Below, piece by piece: positions 54,272-63,938 of a DNA stretch of 64,000 nt. Made by a program: the position numbers and the translations under genes. Location of the stretch: NCBI GenBank assembly GCA_965215885.1, contig CBDCEW010000097.1, positions 1 through 64,000 on the forward strand, read 5' to 3'. The stretch's first letter is position 1. Every line of letters starts with the position of its first letter. Under the pieces are notes generated by a model that saw nothing but the letters and a program-made list of their open reading frames with translations, was not told the origin of the DNA and did not search any database. This stretch comes from Candidatus Moanibacter sp. (GTDB taxonomy: Bacteria; Verrucomicrobiota; Verrucomicrobiia; Opitutales; UBA2987).

Positions 54272-54634
54272 TTCGAAGTATATACGATTTAGACTGGGAA
54301 TTCAACTCACCTTCCTGCCGACGGCACTCGGCTGGCACCAATCGAGGCAACTTTCTCCAGTATGCTATTTGCTGATAATGAAGAAGTTAAAGATCAGAAG
54401 GCAAATCTGGATAGAAGCGTGTGTGGTTTCCCACAGTATAACATATTCTCCCTCTCATTTACCGCCGTCAAACAATTTGTGACAGCCTTCACCCGTTTCG
54501 ACCGAGTCTCCGCTCTGCCGCTTCCCGGCAAGCCGGGATTAGAAATATGTCGGTAGTCGAATCCCCCAAACGCACCATCACCCCCAGATATCGGAATAGA
54601 TCCGCAAACTCCGAAAGCTAAGTCTGACAGATTC

Positions 54635-55612
54635 CTAAAGGAATTTCCCCATGACATTACGTTCCTGCAGAATCTGGGCCGCCACGCTGATCGCAATCTC
54701 CTCAGGAGTATCGCTGTCGATCTGCAGACCGACAGGCGCGTAGATCGGATCGAGCCTTTCCTGGGGAATACCTTCTTCTCGAAGCTTGCTATAGATACTC
54801 GCGATCTTTGCTTTGCTTCCCATCAGACCTAAAAAGGGAATTGGAAGCTTTACGGTTCCCAGCAACCCGCGAACGTCGGAGAGAAAATCTGTCGTCATAA
54901 TCAATACCGCTGTCAATTCCGGGTATCGAATCAACCCTCCCGCCTCAATATAGTCGGAGACGATATGAATCTCCCGCGCATCCGTAGCTCTCTCCAAGGT
55001 AAAGACATCTTTCCGCCTATCGACGATGAAGACTTCGTACCCCAGTTTCGCCATTACCTGACAGAGGGCTACAGAACAGTGACCGCCCCCCACAATGGCG
55101 AGCCGCTTGCGGTTAAGAAGCTGCTCCGCATACAACCATTCTCCATTTCTTTGAACTAGTGAAATCCTTGGCTCTTCGAAGTCCGGTTCAGTGTCTTCGA
55201 CGCGGAGACCATTGACATCGATGGTCAACCGGCCCGATTGATCCTCCTGCAGAATTCCAATCAGACGCTCGACCGACTCTATCTCTTTCTCCGGATCGCA
55301 GACGCAGTATATATTCGTCTGGCTTCCTGAGCAGATCATACCCGACTTCTCTCCCTCCCCCGTCTTTCTGTGTTGCAACGTTTGAACTTCTGGAGAGAAC
55401 CCTCTGCCCCCAAGAATTGCCTTCGCGCGGTCGATTAAACGGTACTCCATGGCGCCACCGCCTATTGTGCCATGTAGATCGCCCCCTTCGGTAACGAGAA
55501 ATTTCGCGCCTGGTGTTCCCGGCGATCCCTTAGTATTCTCCGCCACCAGCGAGATGAACGTCTTACTCCCCTGCTGAAGGTGCGACCGAAGAGTTTTCCA
55601 AAAATCAATCAC
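54635..55612 (-). CDS. xdhC: Xanthine dehydrogenase accessory protein
   Basis: 'GSPG', 'GTIGGG', 'GMICSG', 'GLMGS', 'APVGL...TPEEIAIS'. Confidence 0.9.
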   Translation of the reverse strand: MIDFWKTLRSHLQQGSKTFISLVAENTKGSPGTPGAKFLVTEGGDLHGTIGGGAMEYRLIDRAKAILGGRGFSPEVQTLQHRKTGEGEKSGMICSGSQTNIYCVCDPEKEIESVERLIGILQEDQSGRLTIDVNGLRVEDTEPDFEEPRISLVQRNGEWLYAEQLLNRKRLAIVGGGHCSVALCQVMAKLGYEVFIVDRRKDVFTLERATDAREIHIVSDYIEAGGLIRYPELTAVLIMTTDFLSDVRGLLGTVKLPIPFLGLMGSKAKIASIYSKLREEGIPQERLDPIYAPVGLQIDSDTPEEIAISVAAQILQERNVMGKFL

Positions 55613-56119
55613 TTCTAAAAGCTCCTACACATTCTCTAATGAGAATAAATCAGTGCTCGGCCAAAAATCAATCGTCAACGATAAAGAAGACAAGGCTCCA
55701 GGGACCTCTCGGCCTATATTCGTTTTTCGGCGTAATACGAACAATAGAGCTTCTCGAGCAAAACAGGGGTCAAGCTTTGTGACTTTTTCGAGCTGGAAAT
55801 ACTCCTCCCACCTGCACCTGCACCTGCCCTGCACCTGCCGTTGACCGATGTGCTCCGGAATACACTTAAATAATAGGCCTGACCCCTTAGTCATCCCGTG
55901 GTGCTTTTTTCTCTGAGCTTCAAAGCCTTAGTTCCAGCCTTTCAGTATGATGCGGCAGAAGTAGGAAAAAGTTCTTACCGCATTTAGTGCAAAACTTTAA
56001 TTGAACATGTCCACTGCACATAATCCAATTGCTGATACTGAAAAACGGAGCGTTAGACACCTCTTTTATGGCCGGCGCCAGCTTGGATTAATCCTGGTGC
56101 AAAATCGAGCTTTAGATAG

Positions 56120-57991
56120 ATGTCTGAATCTTATACGGAAAAAGACATAAAATCGCTGGACTGGCGTGAGCACATTCGGCTTCGCCCGGGAATGTATATC
56201 GGAAAACTGGGTGATGGTTCAGCAGCTGACGATGGGATCTACGTGCTCCTTAAGGAAGTGATCGACAATTCCATCGACGAATACGTTATGGGTCAGGGCA
56301 AGAGTGTAGACATTACGCTCAAGGATAATACCCTCACGGTACGCGACTATGGCCGCGGGATACCATTGGCAAAAGTGTACGAATGTGCCGCCGGTATCTT
56401 TACCGGGGCCAAAGTTTTTCTTGCGCCTTTTGCGCCTCTTTACGACTCGGAAGCATTCAAAAAATCGGTCGGTCTCAACGGTATCGGCCTAAAGGCGGTG
56501 AACGCGCTTTCCTCTCAATTCCAGATCGAAGCGTTTCGAGAGCAACAGACACGAGGCTGTGTGTTTTCTCAGGGTAAAGTGAGAAAACAGCACAAGAAGA
56601 ATCGACCTTCCAAGGAAGGGAACGGAACCAGGGTCTGCTTTTATCCAGATGAGGAAATTTTCGGTAGTTTCAAATTTCGCCAGGAGTACATCGAAAATAT
56701 GGTTTGGAACTACGCCTACCTCAACGCCGGCCTCACCCTGAAAATCAACGGGAAGCGATACAAATCCAAGAACGGCCTCTTCGATCTTCTTACCGAGAAT
56801 CTTAATACGGAACCTCTTTACCCAATTATTCACCTAAAGGACCGGGATATTGAAGTCGCATTTACGCACGGCAATCAATACGGCGAGGAATACTATTCAT
56901 TCGTAAACGGCCAGCACACCACTCAAGGAGGTACTCATCAGGGCGCTTTCCGCGAAGCCATTGTAAAGACAATCCGTGAATTCTACAAAAAGAGCCTCGA
57001 AGCGATCGACGTGAGGACGTCGATTATTGCGGCGATCAGCATTAAAATCGAGGAACCTATTTTCGAATCGCAGACGAAGACTAAACTCGGCTCTCAAAAC
57101 ATGGCGCCGGAGGGCCAGTCAATTCGGGCCTTTGTAAACGCCTTTATGCAAGAACACCTGGACAATTTTCTGCATCGTAACCCGGAGACAAGCAAAGCCT
57201 TACTTCAGAAGATTCGACAGAGTGAACGAGAACGTAAGGAGCTGAAAGGCATTCAAAAAATTGCCCGGGAACGCGCAAAAAAGGCGAATCTCCACAACAA
57301 GAAGCTGAGGGACTGCAGGATCCACTTAAACAAGACCGACAAACGCAAACTGCAATCGACACTATTTATTACGGAAGGCAATTCCGCCAGCGGTTCCATA
57401 ACAAAATCGCGCGACGTTAACACGCAGGCAGTGTTCAGCCTGAGAGGAAAGCCGTTAAATTGCTTCGGTCTTTCAAAAAAGGTGGTTTACGAGAATGAGG
57501 AGTTCAACCTGCTACAAAACGCGTTAAACATTCAAGACGGCCTGGATAACCTGCGTTACAATCGGATCGTCCTCGCCACCGACGCCGATGTCGATGGTAT
57601 GCACATCCGTTTGCTCCTGATCACGTTTTTCCTCCAGTTCTTTCCAGATCTCGTAAAACAGGGTCACCTCTACATCCTTCAAACTCCACTATTTCGAGTA
57701 CGCAACAAGAAGCAAACCCTCTATTGCTACACGAAATTGGAGAAAGATGCCGCTCTCAAGAAACTGAGCGGCCGGCCGGAAATCACCCGGTTCAAGGGTC
57801 TCGGTGAGATATCATCTGACGAGTTCAAACACTTCATCGATGAGAACATGCGCCTCGACCCCGTTGTGATCCGAAAACATGCATCGTTAGATAAAACGCT
57901 TAGCTTCTACATGGGAAAAAACTCCCCGGAAAGGCAGAAATTCATAATCAGGAATCTCAGAATTGATCAGGATCTCGCTGAAGTTACGTGA
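56120..57991 (+). CDS. parE: Type II topoisomerase B subunit (ParE-type)
   Basis: '[12 protein letters not shown]', 'EVIDNSIDE', 'DYGRGIP', 'ITEG.SA', 'LRGKPLN', 'TDADVDG', 'RFKGLGE'; contains a 27-nt IS-derived insert. Confidence 0.88.
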   Translation: MSESYTEKDIKSLDWREHIRLRPGMYIGKLGDGSAADDGIYVLLKEVIDNSIDEYVMGQGKSVDITLKDNTLTVRDYGRGIPLAKVYECAAGIFTGAKVFLAPFAPLYDSEAFKKSVGLNGIGLKAVNALSSQFQIEAFREQQTRGCVFSQGKVRKQHKKNRPSKEGNGTRVCFYPDEEIFGSFKFRQEYIENMVWNYAYLNAGLTLKINGKRYKSKNGLFDLLTENLNTEPLYPIIHLKDRDIEVAFTHGNQYGEEYYSFVNGQHTTQGGTHQGAFREAIVKTIREFYKKSLEAIDVRTSIIAAISIKIEEPIFESQTKTKLGSQNMAPEGQSIRAFVNAFMQEHLDNFLHRNPETSKALLQKIRQSERERKELKGIQKIARERAKKANLHNKKLRDCRIHLNKTDKRKLQSTLFITEGNSASGSITKSRDVNTQAVFSLRGKPLNCFGLSKKVVYENEEFNLLQNALNIQDGLDNLRYNRIVLATDADVDGMHIRLLLITFFLQFFPDLVKQGHLYILQTPLFRVRNKKQTLYCYTKLEKDAALKKLSGRPEITRFKGLGEISSDEFKHFIDENMRLDPVVIRKHASLDKTLSFYMGKNSPERQKFIIRNLRIDQDLAEVT

Positions 57992-58131
57992 GAGGGCTGT
58001 TCCGGAAGTGGGCCAACCTGTCCAGTCGTAATTGAGGAGGTAAGCGGGGCGGAGGTTGTGTGGGACATAGAGAGCCGCCGGTGATTGCCATTCCCCAAAG
58101 CCTCCTTAACAACCCTCAATCCAAAAGATTC

Positions 58132-59085
58132 CTAATTGGTTATCCGAGTCCCCGTTTTGCCATCTAACGCATTCACAATATTCTCCGGATCAGTGATAAT
58201 GGCCTCCTTCCCGCCTCCCTCCAGATAGTTGATGACTGCCTGGATTTTCGGGCCCATGCTTCCCTCCGCAAAGTGGACACCTTCCGCCAGGTAGGCTTTC
58301 GCCTGCGCCACGGTCATCTGATCTATCCATGTCTGGTTGGGCTTGCCGAAATTCAGTGCGACCCGCTCGACCGCCGTGCTGATAATGAGCATCTCAGCTC
58401 CGATCACGTTAGCGAGCAAAGCTGAGGCGAGGTCTTTGTCGATCACCGCAGCGACACCACTGAGATTGCCGGTTCCGTTTCTCACCACCGGAATGCCTCC
58501 GCCACCGACCGTGATCACGACAAAACCGGCTTCGATCAGCTCGGCGATCGATTTCTCTTCGACAATTCGAATGGGCGTTGGAGATGCCACGACCCGCCGC
58601 CACCCACGACCGGCATCTTCGACAACATCCCAACCCTCCCTCTCGCGCCGTTGCTCCGCGTCCTCTTCATCCATGAACGAGCCAATCGGCTTACTTGGAT
58701 TCTCAAAGGCGGGATCATCGGCCGCCACTTCGACTTGTGTTACCAAGGTAACCGGATGTCGATTGAGTTTGAGCCTCTGGAATTCATTACAGAGGTTCTG
58801 CTGCAGAGCATATCCGATCGCACCTTGTGAATCCGCTCCGCAGACATCGAGAGGCACTTCATGGAGTTCATGGGCTGCCAATTCTGAACGTCGCAAGATG
58901 AAGCCCACTTGAGGTCCATTGCCATGACCGATCGCCACGTTCCATCCATCGTCGATCATCGACACGATATGACGGCAGGTCTCACTCGCGGCAATATACT
59001 GATCCCGTACCGTCTGGTGCGTTTTGTCCCTGATCAAGGAATTCCCTCCGATCGCTACGACTGCTTTGCGTCCTCCCACAATCAC
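58132..59085 (-). CDS. arcC: Carbamate kinase
   Basis: 'AIGGNSL', 'HGNGPQVG', 'PSKPIG', 'GWRRVVASP', 'AVIDKD', 'GSMGPK'. Confidence 0.95.
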   Translation of the reverse strand: MIVGGRKAVVAIGGNSLIRDKTHQTVRDQYIAASETCRHIVSMIDDGWNVAIGHGNGPQVGFILRRSELAAHELHEVPLDVCGADSQGAIGYALQQNLCNEFQRLKLNRHPVTLVTQVEVAADDPAFENPSKPIGSFMDEEDAEQRREREGWDVVEDAGRGWRRVVASPTPIRIVEEKSIAELIEAGFVVITVGGGGIPVVRNGTGNLSGVAAVIDKDLASALLANVIGAEMLIISTAVERVALNFGKPNQTWIDQMTVAQAKAYLAEGVHFAEGSMGPKIQAVINYLEGGGKEAIITDPENIVNALDGKTGTRITN

Positions 59086-59232
59086 CCCCCTCCCCGATCG
59101 TTCATCTGCCGAACTTCAATGGCTTGATCGATTCAAGGGCCCAATTCCGAAGGAAACGAGCTTCCCTGTTGAACACGAGCCCTTCGACTCTTCTCAGGAT
59201 CTTCGCTTCCTGAACTCTGAATACTTCCCGCG

Positions 59233-60210
59233 TCATCGCATAGTCAACGCCATCACTGCTTTCTGAACATGCAGCCGATTTTCCGCTTCATCAAAGACGA
59301 CCGACTGCGGTCCGTCGATGACACCGTCCGTCACTTCGACATTGCGATCCGCCGGTAAAGGATGCATGTAAACAGCGTCTTCGGATGCGAGTTCCATCCG
59401 TCGCTCATCCGCGATCCAATCGCTATACTTGCTAATTATCTTCGCACCCTCCTGGTCGTCGGTAGTCGTATTCATGGCTCCCCAGCTTTTTGCGTAAACG
59501 ACATCAGTTCCCGTAATCCCGGCCTCGAAATCGTCCATCAATTCAAGACTTCCGTGATGGCGCCGGGCGTTGTCTCGAGCCTGTTCGACAACATCGGGCA
59601 TAAGCTTGAACTCCGGCGGATGCACCAACCGCACATTCATGCCGAAGCGCGTCAAGAGTAGAATGAGGCTTTGCGGCACACTCATCGGCTTCTGATAGCT
59701 GGCCGCATAGGCCCAACTCACTGTAATCGTCTTGCCCCGGGGATCACCCTTCTTCTCAATAACAGTCAGAAGGTCGGCAAGAACCTGAAAAGGATGATAA
59801 GTCTCGCACTGCATATTCAGCACGGGCACCCGACTCGCCTCCGCCGTCCATCGAAGATACTGCGTCCCGACACCCCAATCGCAATGTCGGATAGCGATTC
59901 CGTCATTATAGCGACCGAGGATCTCTCCGATCTCCTTGGTTGTATCTCCATGGGCGATTTGCGTGGCTCGACTCTCAATGAACTGCGCGTGCCCACCCAG
60001 CTGAGCCATGCCCGCCTCAAAGGATGCGCGGGTGCGAGTGCTTGAGAAGAAAAAGAGCATGGCGAGCACCTTATCTCGAAGGAGTGCATGCGAGACTCCC
60101 AGCGCCCTCTTCCTTTTCAGATCAAGGGCGACATCGATGACTGTTTCAATCTCCTCCTTCGTCCATTCCTGCGTCGTGATCATATCACGACCCCTTAAAT
60201 ACGTCTGCAT
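59233..60210 (-). CDS. Carbamoyltransferase, YgeW/knotted-type
   Basis: 'STRT', 'HPFQ', 'SWAYAASYQKPMSVPQ' (YgeW-like loop), 'HPLPADR'. Confidence 0.85.
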   Translation of the reverse strand: MQTYLRGRDMITTQEWTKEEIETVIDVALDLKRKRALGVSHALLRDKVLAMLFFFSSTRTRASFEAGMAQLGGHAQFIESRATQIAHGDTTKEIGEILGRYNDGIAIRHCDWGVGTQYLRWTAEASRVPVLNMQCETYHPFQVLADLLTVIEKKGDPRGKTITVSWAYAASYQKPMSVPQSLILLLTRFGMNVRLVHPPEFKLMPDVVEQARDNARRHHGSLELMDDFEAGITGTDVVYAKSWGAMNTTTDDQEGAKIISKYSDWIADERRMELASEDAVYMHPLPADRNVEVTDGVIDGPQSVVFDEAENRLHVQKAVMALTMR

Positions 60211-60346
60211 GATAAATACCTCTCTTATATAACCTATCTACAAATTCTCAAAGACCCTGGAATCTGTCGGACCCAAAGTCCGACGGATTCCTTTCTAGCA
60301 GCCTGATCAAAACAGTTCGAATAAGTCCGATCCCGGCTTGCCGGGA

Positions 60347-61306
60347 CTAGCCCTCGACCGCACCCAACACCAACGCGAGCAATGCCATGCGCATCACGAC
60401 CCCGTTAAAGGCTTCCACCCAGTATCTCTGGTGGCGAGTGCTGTCGACATCCGTTGGTAGCTCGTCCATACGCGGCAGGGAATGCAAAATGATCGCATCG
60501 CTCTTCCCTTTTTCGCGCATCATCTCACGCGTTACCTTATAGGCGGCCGGGGTCGTTCCCTTCTCCTCATCCGCCGCTTCATCGCGCGACTTCGTGTAAT
60601 CGGCCTGGACGACTGGTTCCATGTAAATAACATCGGCCTGATCGATCACTTCCTCGGCCGTTTCCACTTCGCGATACTGCACGTTGCGCTCATCGATCTC
60701 CGCCTTGAATTCGTCGAGTAAGGACATCTCCGGCGGGCCTACCACGAATGCTTCAATATCAAATTGCGACAGGGCATACAGAATCGAGTGCATCGTCCGC
60801 ATTCGCATGTCCCCTACGCAGAGCATCTTCAAACCATCCAGCGTTCCCTTCTCCTTATAAATCGTATACAGATCTGTAAGGACCTGCGTGGGATGTTCGC
60901 CCCAACCGTCGCCGCAATTGATCACCGGTACCGATGCCCACTTCGCTGCCTCGTGAGGAGCCCCCTGCTGGTAATGGCGCATCGCGATGACATCGCCGTA
61001 ATACTCCAGCATGTTTATCGTGTCCTTCATCGACTCCATGTAAAAGTCGCCCGCCCGCGTCATCTTGGCGTCAGAGAATCCCAGCACATGCCCGCCCAGT
61101 CGATGCATCGCCGCCTCTGTAGCAAGGCGCGTCCGAGTGCTCGGCTGGTAAAATGCCGTCAGCAGCGTCTTATTCTTGAGCAGGTCGCCATTTCGCCGAT
61201 CGCGCGCATACGGCTTCAAGTCATCACAGACTTGAAATACTCTCATGAATTCGTGTCGCTCAAACTCTTTGAGCGATAGGATATCGCGTCCTAGAAAACT
61301 TCTCAT
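60347..61306 (-). CDS. Divergent aspartate carbamoyltransferase-like protein
   Basis: 'PSTRT', 'INCGDGWGEHPTQ', 'HSLPR'; aspartate-site motifs altered. Confidence 0.85.
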   Translation of the reverse strand: MRSFLGRDILSLKEFERHEFMRVFQVCDDLKPYARDRRNGDLLKNKTLLTAFYQPSTRTRLATEAAMHRLGGHVLGFSDAKMTRAGDFYMESMKDTINMLEYYGDVIAMRHYQQGAPHEAAKWASVPVINCGDGWGEHPTQVLTDLYTIYKEKGTLDGLKMLCVGDMRMRTMHSILYALSQFDIEAFVVGPPEMSLLDEFKAEIDERNVQYREVETAEEVIDQADVIYMEPVVQADYTKSRDEAADEEKGTTPAAYKVTREMMREKGKSDAIILHSLPRMDELPTDVDSTRHQRYWVEAFNGVVMRMALLALVLGAVEG

Positions 61307-61470
61307 TTTGCTCCGTTTCCATTAATATTTCTAATCAACTAAAAAGGGCCATGGATGTGTGTCCGTCCCCGTCGAAAAAAGACGCTCTATCTGCCGAAGA
61401 ATCTATAATTATGCAAGTACGAATATGATACAGAACTCCACTCTCACTGCCTTGGTCCGGAAATCTCAGA

Positions 61471-61714
61471 ACGTGTTTAGTGGCCTTCGGTTGTTGGCTG
61501 CCCCGGTCTTGTGCCGGGGTTGCGCGCGGTTTTTGCTACATAATGAGTGGCTCCTCCAATCACACCACCGGTCCCTTCTCGCCCGAGTCCCGGCGCGCCG
61601 GGACTCGGGCGAGAAGGGACCGGTGGTGTGCTGTGCCCATCGCGTATACTAGCTGTATATCGCGCGCCACCCCGGCACAAGACCGGTGCAGCCTCAAACA
61701 CGCCAAACAGGTAC
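61471..61714. repeat. Composite palindromic MITE containing a perfect 70-bp palindrome (61561-61630)
   Basis: Outer ACGTGTTTAG...CCAAACAGGTAC; inner inverted CCCCGGCACAAGACCGG units. Confidence 0.8.
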
Positions 61715-61821
61715 AAATTTCACAGATTTCCGAACCCGGGCGAAACCCGGCTTGCCAGGTTGTAAATCCAGAACCCGCCTCCGTGATATTTCGCTCGGCA
61801 ATGAAATCTTCGGGCTAGGAT

Positions 61822-63733
61822 GACCTTATCCGAAAAGCTACTGATTGGCCGCAAAGAGGCGCAAAAGGCGCAAGAAAAACTTGAGAAAAATCATTTTTTG
61901 GCTTGATAAAAAGTGTCGCAACATGCTAGTGTTTAACAACCTAAGATTAAGAAAGGAGTTAAACATGCCAACATGTGCGACAGAGGAGAACAAAAGCGAT
62001 AAGACGCCCCTTAGCAACCTCATTCTGCCGGTTCCAGACACGGATTTCCGTGATTTTCTGGATGAAGTTGAAGAATTGGCCGGGTTCGCGGCGCAAATCA
62101 TCGAGGCGATCGAGAAGGATCTGGACGCCCATGCGCGTGAGAAGAAGAAACTTCGATTGGAAGATCGCAGGTTCTTTGAAGGGCGCACAGCGGAGCTGCC
62201 GGAGCTGGACATCGAGGAGGAGAATATTCTGGCTGCTGAATTGAATCTTGGGGCAGGCCGGCCGCGGATGCCGGCTTATGCGGTATACGTGTTCGTGATG
62301 CTTCGAGGGTTTCTGGGTTCGTTGACCACGAAACCGGCACGGCGGTTTGTGCGCGAGTCGATGAGCTTGTACGGATTTTTGCAGAGCGGGGGACTGAGAA
62401 TGCCGGCGGTGACGACGATTCTGGAGAACGTGAACCTGGTCAGCCATACGACCCGCGAGTTGATCTTTGATAAACAGATTGGGTTTATCCTCCAGGAGCA
62501 ATGGGACGATTTCGGGAAGCTGACGATCGACAGCACCTCGGTGAAAGCAAACAGCTGCTGGCCCACCGATGGGAAGATTCTGAGCGGTCTTTTGATGCGG
62601 GCCAATCGTTTGGGTCAGAAGTTGCATGTCTTCGGGCTGGAGGATTTTCGCAAGGGATGGGTTGGGCGTTGGCTGGAGGAAATGGACAAGCTGGAGTTTC
62701 AGATTTGTCTGGCCGCGGGCAAACCGAAGTCGAAGGGCAAGCTGAAGAAACACTACCGGCGGTTGCTCAAGCGGGGCCGCAAGGCGGCCGACTCACTAAC
62801 GGGGGAACTGAGCCATCTTGAAGAGGGCCTGTCGATGGATTCACTGCCTCCCACTCGCCGGGAGCTTCTGGAGCGGGCATTGAGCCAGATCAGGGGCGAT
62901 ATTGCCGACGCCAAGCGGGTTGTTGAGTATGCTCATGATCGGGTGTTTCACGAAAAGAAGCTACCGTCCACACAGAAGGTCCTGAGCCTCTCGGACGGAT
63001 CGGCGGCCTACATCAAGAAGGGCAGCCGCAATCCAGTGATCGGGTACAAGCCACAACTGGTTCGCAGCGAAAACGGTTTTGTCACCAGCCTGATCGTACC
63101 GCAAGGCAACGCGGCAGACTCCATTGAGCTGGCGCCGGCCATCGGCGATTCGATCAAGCGCACCGGTGTCATTGCTGAACTGGTCAGCACCGATGACGGA
63201 TATGCTTCGGCGAAGGGACGCAAGGAGGTGCTGAGCATGGGGGTAAAGCAGATCAGTATCAGTGGGGCGAAGGGCAAGAAGTTGACCACCCCCGAGGACT
63301 GGGAGAGCGAGGCGTATCGCGAGGCACGCCGCGATCGCTCCGCAGTGGAGTCGCTGATGTTCACGATTAAAGATGGATTTGCCTTTGGCGAACTCGGCCG
63401 CCGCGGCATCGATGCGGTAGGCGATGAACTGCTCGAGAAGGTTCTGGCCTACAACTTCTGCCGCATCATACTGATGAAGAAACGCCGAGGGGAGGAACTG
63501 GAACAGGCAGCCTGAATCTGACCGCTTTGAAGCTCAGAGAAAAAAGCACCACGGGATGAGTATGCCTCCAGACAGCGGCAAATATACGTATTGTGCAGCA
63601 AGCCACGCCGATGGCCGCTCAATACCTGCTCATCGGCAGCGCCGGCAGCCTAAAACCCGAAACCTGCCAGCCATAGGCTGGTCCGCCCGTGGCGGAGAAC
63701 CTTAAACCGCCCGCTCGCTTTTCGAATGGGGTC
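61822..63733 (+). mobile_element. IS5-like element, copy 2 (intact)
   Basis: Same TIRs as 21397-23312; flanked by a ~170-bp direct duplication. Confidence 0.92.
61965..63515 (+). CDS. DDE transposase (516 aa), IS5/IS1182-like
   Basis: AAAGGAG RBS; 'IDSTSVKANSCWPTD', 'GYK', 'DDGY', 'R..RSAVE', 'LAYN'. Confidence 0.9.
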   Translation: MPTCATEENKSDKTPLSNLILPVPDTDFRDFLDEVEELAGFAAQIIEAIEKDLDAHAREKKKLRLEDRRFFEGRTAELPELDIEEENILAAELNLGAGRPRMPAYAVYVFVMLRGFLGSLTTKPARRFVRESMSLYGFLQSGGLRMPAVTTILENVNLVSHTTRELIFDKQIGFILQEQWDDFGKLTIDSTSVKANSCWPTDGKILSGLLMRANRLGQKLHVFGLEDFRKGWVGRWLEEMDKLEFQICLAAGKPKSKGKLKKHYRRLLKRGRKAADSLTGELSHLEEGLSMDSLPPTRRELLERALSQIRGDIADAKRVVEYAHDRVFHEKKLPSTQKVLSLSDGSAAYIKKGSRNPVIGYKPQLVRSENGFVTSLIVPQGNAADSIELAPAIGDSIKRTGVIAELVSTDDGYASAKGRKEVLSMGVKQISISGAKGKKLTTPEDWESEAYREARRDRSAVESLMFTIKDGFAFGELGRRGIDAVGDELLEKVLAYNFCRIILMKKRRGEELEQAA

Positions 63734-63938
63734 TAGCTGTATATCGCGCGCCACCCCGGCACAAGACCGGTGCAGCCTCAAACACGCCAAACAGGTACAA
63801 ATTTCACAGATTTCCGAACCCGGGCGAAACCCGGCTTGCCAGGTTGTAAATTCGAAAAGTTGTGATATTTCGCTCGGGAAATCTTCGGGCTAGGATGGCT
63901 CTCTTGACAGAAAACAACAAGATACCTACCGCTTCTCG

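Noticed and set aside
56404..56430. Intein or genuine lineage-specific insert in ParE
   Set aside because: Only 9 aa and identical to IS DNA; more likely a consensus artefact (see findings).
58132..61306. Arginine deiminase operon or canonical pyrB/argF
   Set aside because: No arcA, arcD or pyrI nearby; the substrate-site motifs differ from OTCase and ATCase.
61845..61964. Basic N-terminal extension (MAAKRRKRRK) of the transposase
   Set aside because: It is translation of a GCCGCAAAGAGGCGCAAA repeat; a strong RBS supports ATG 61965.
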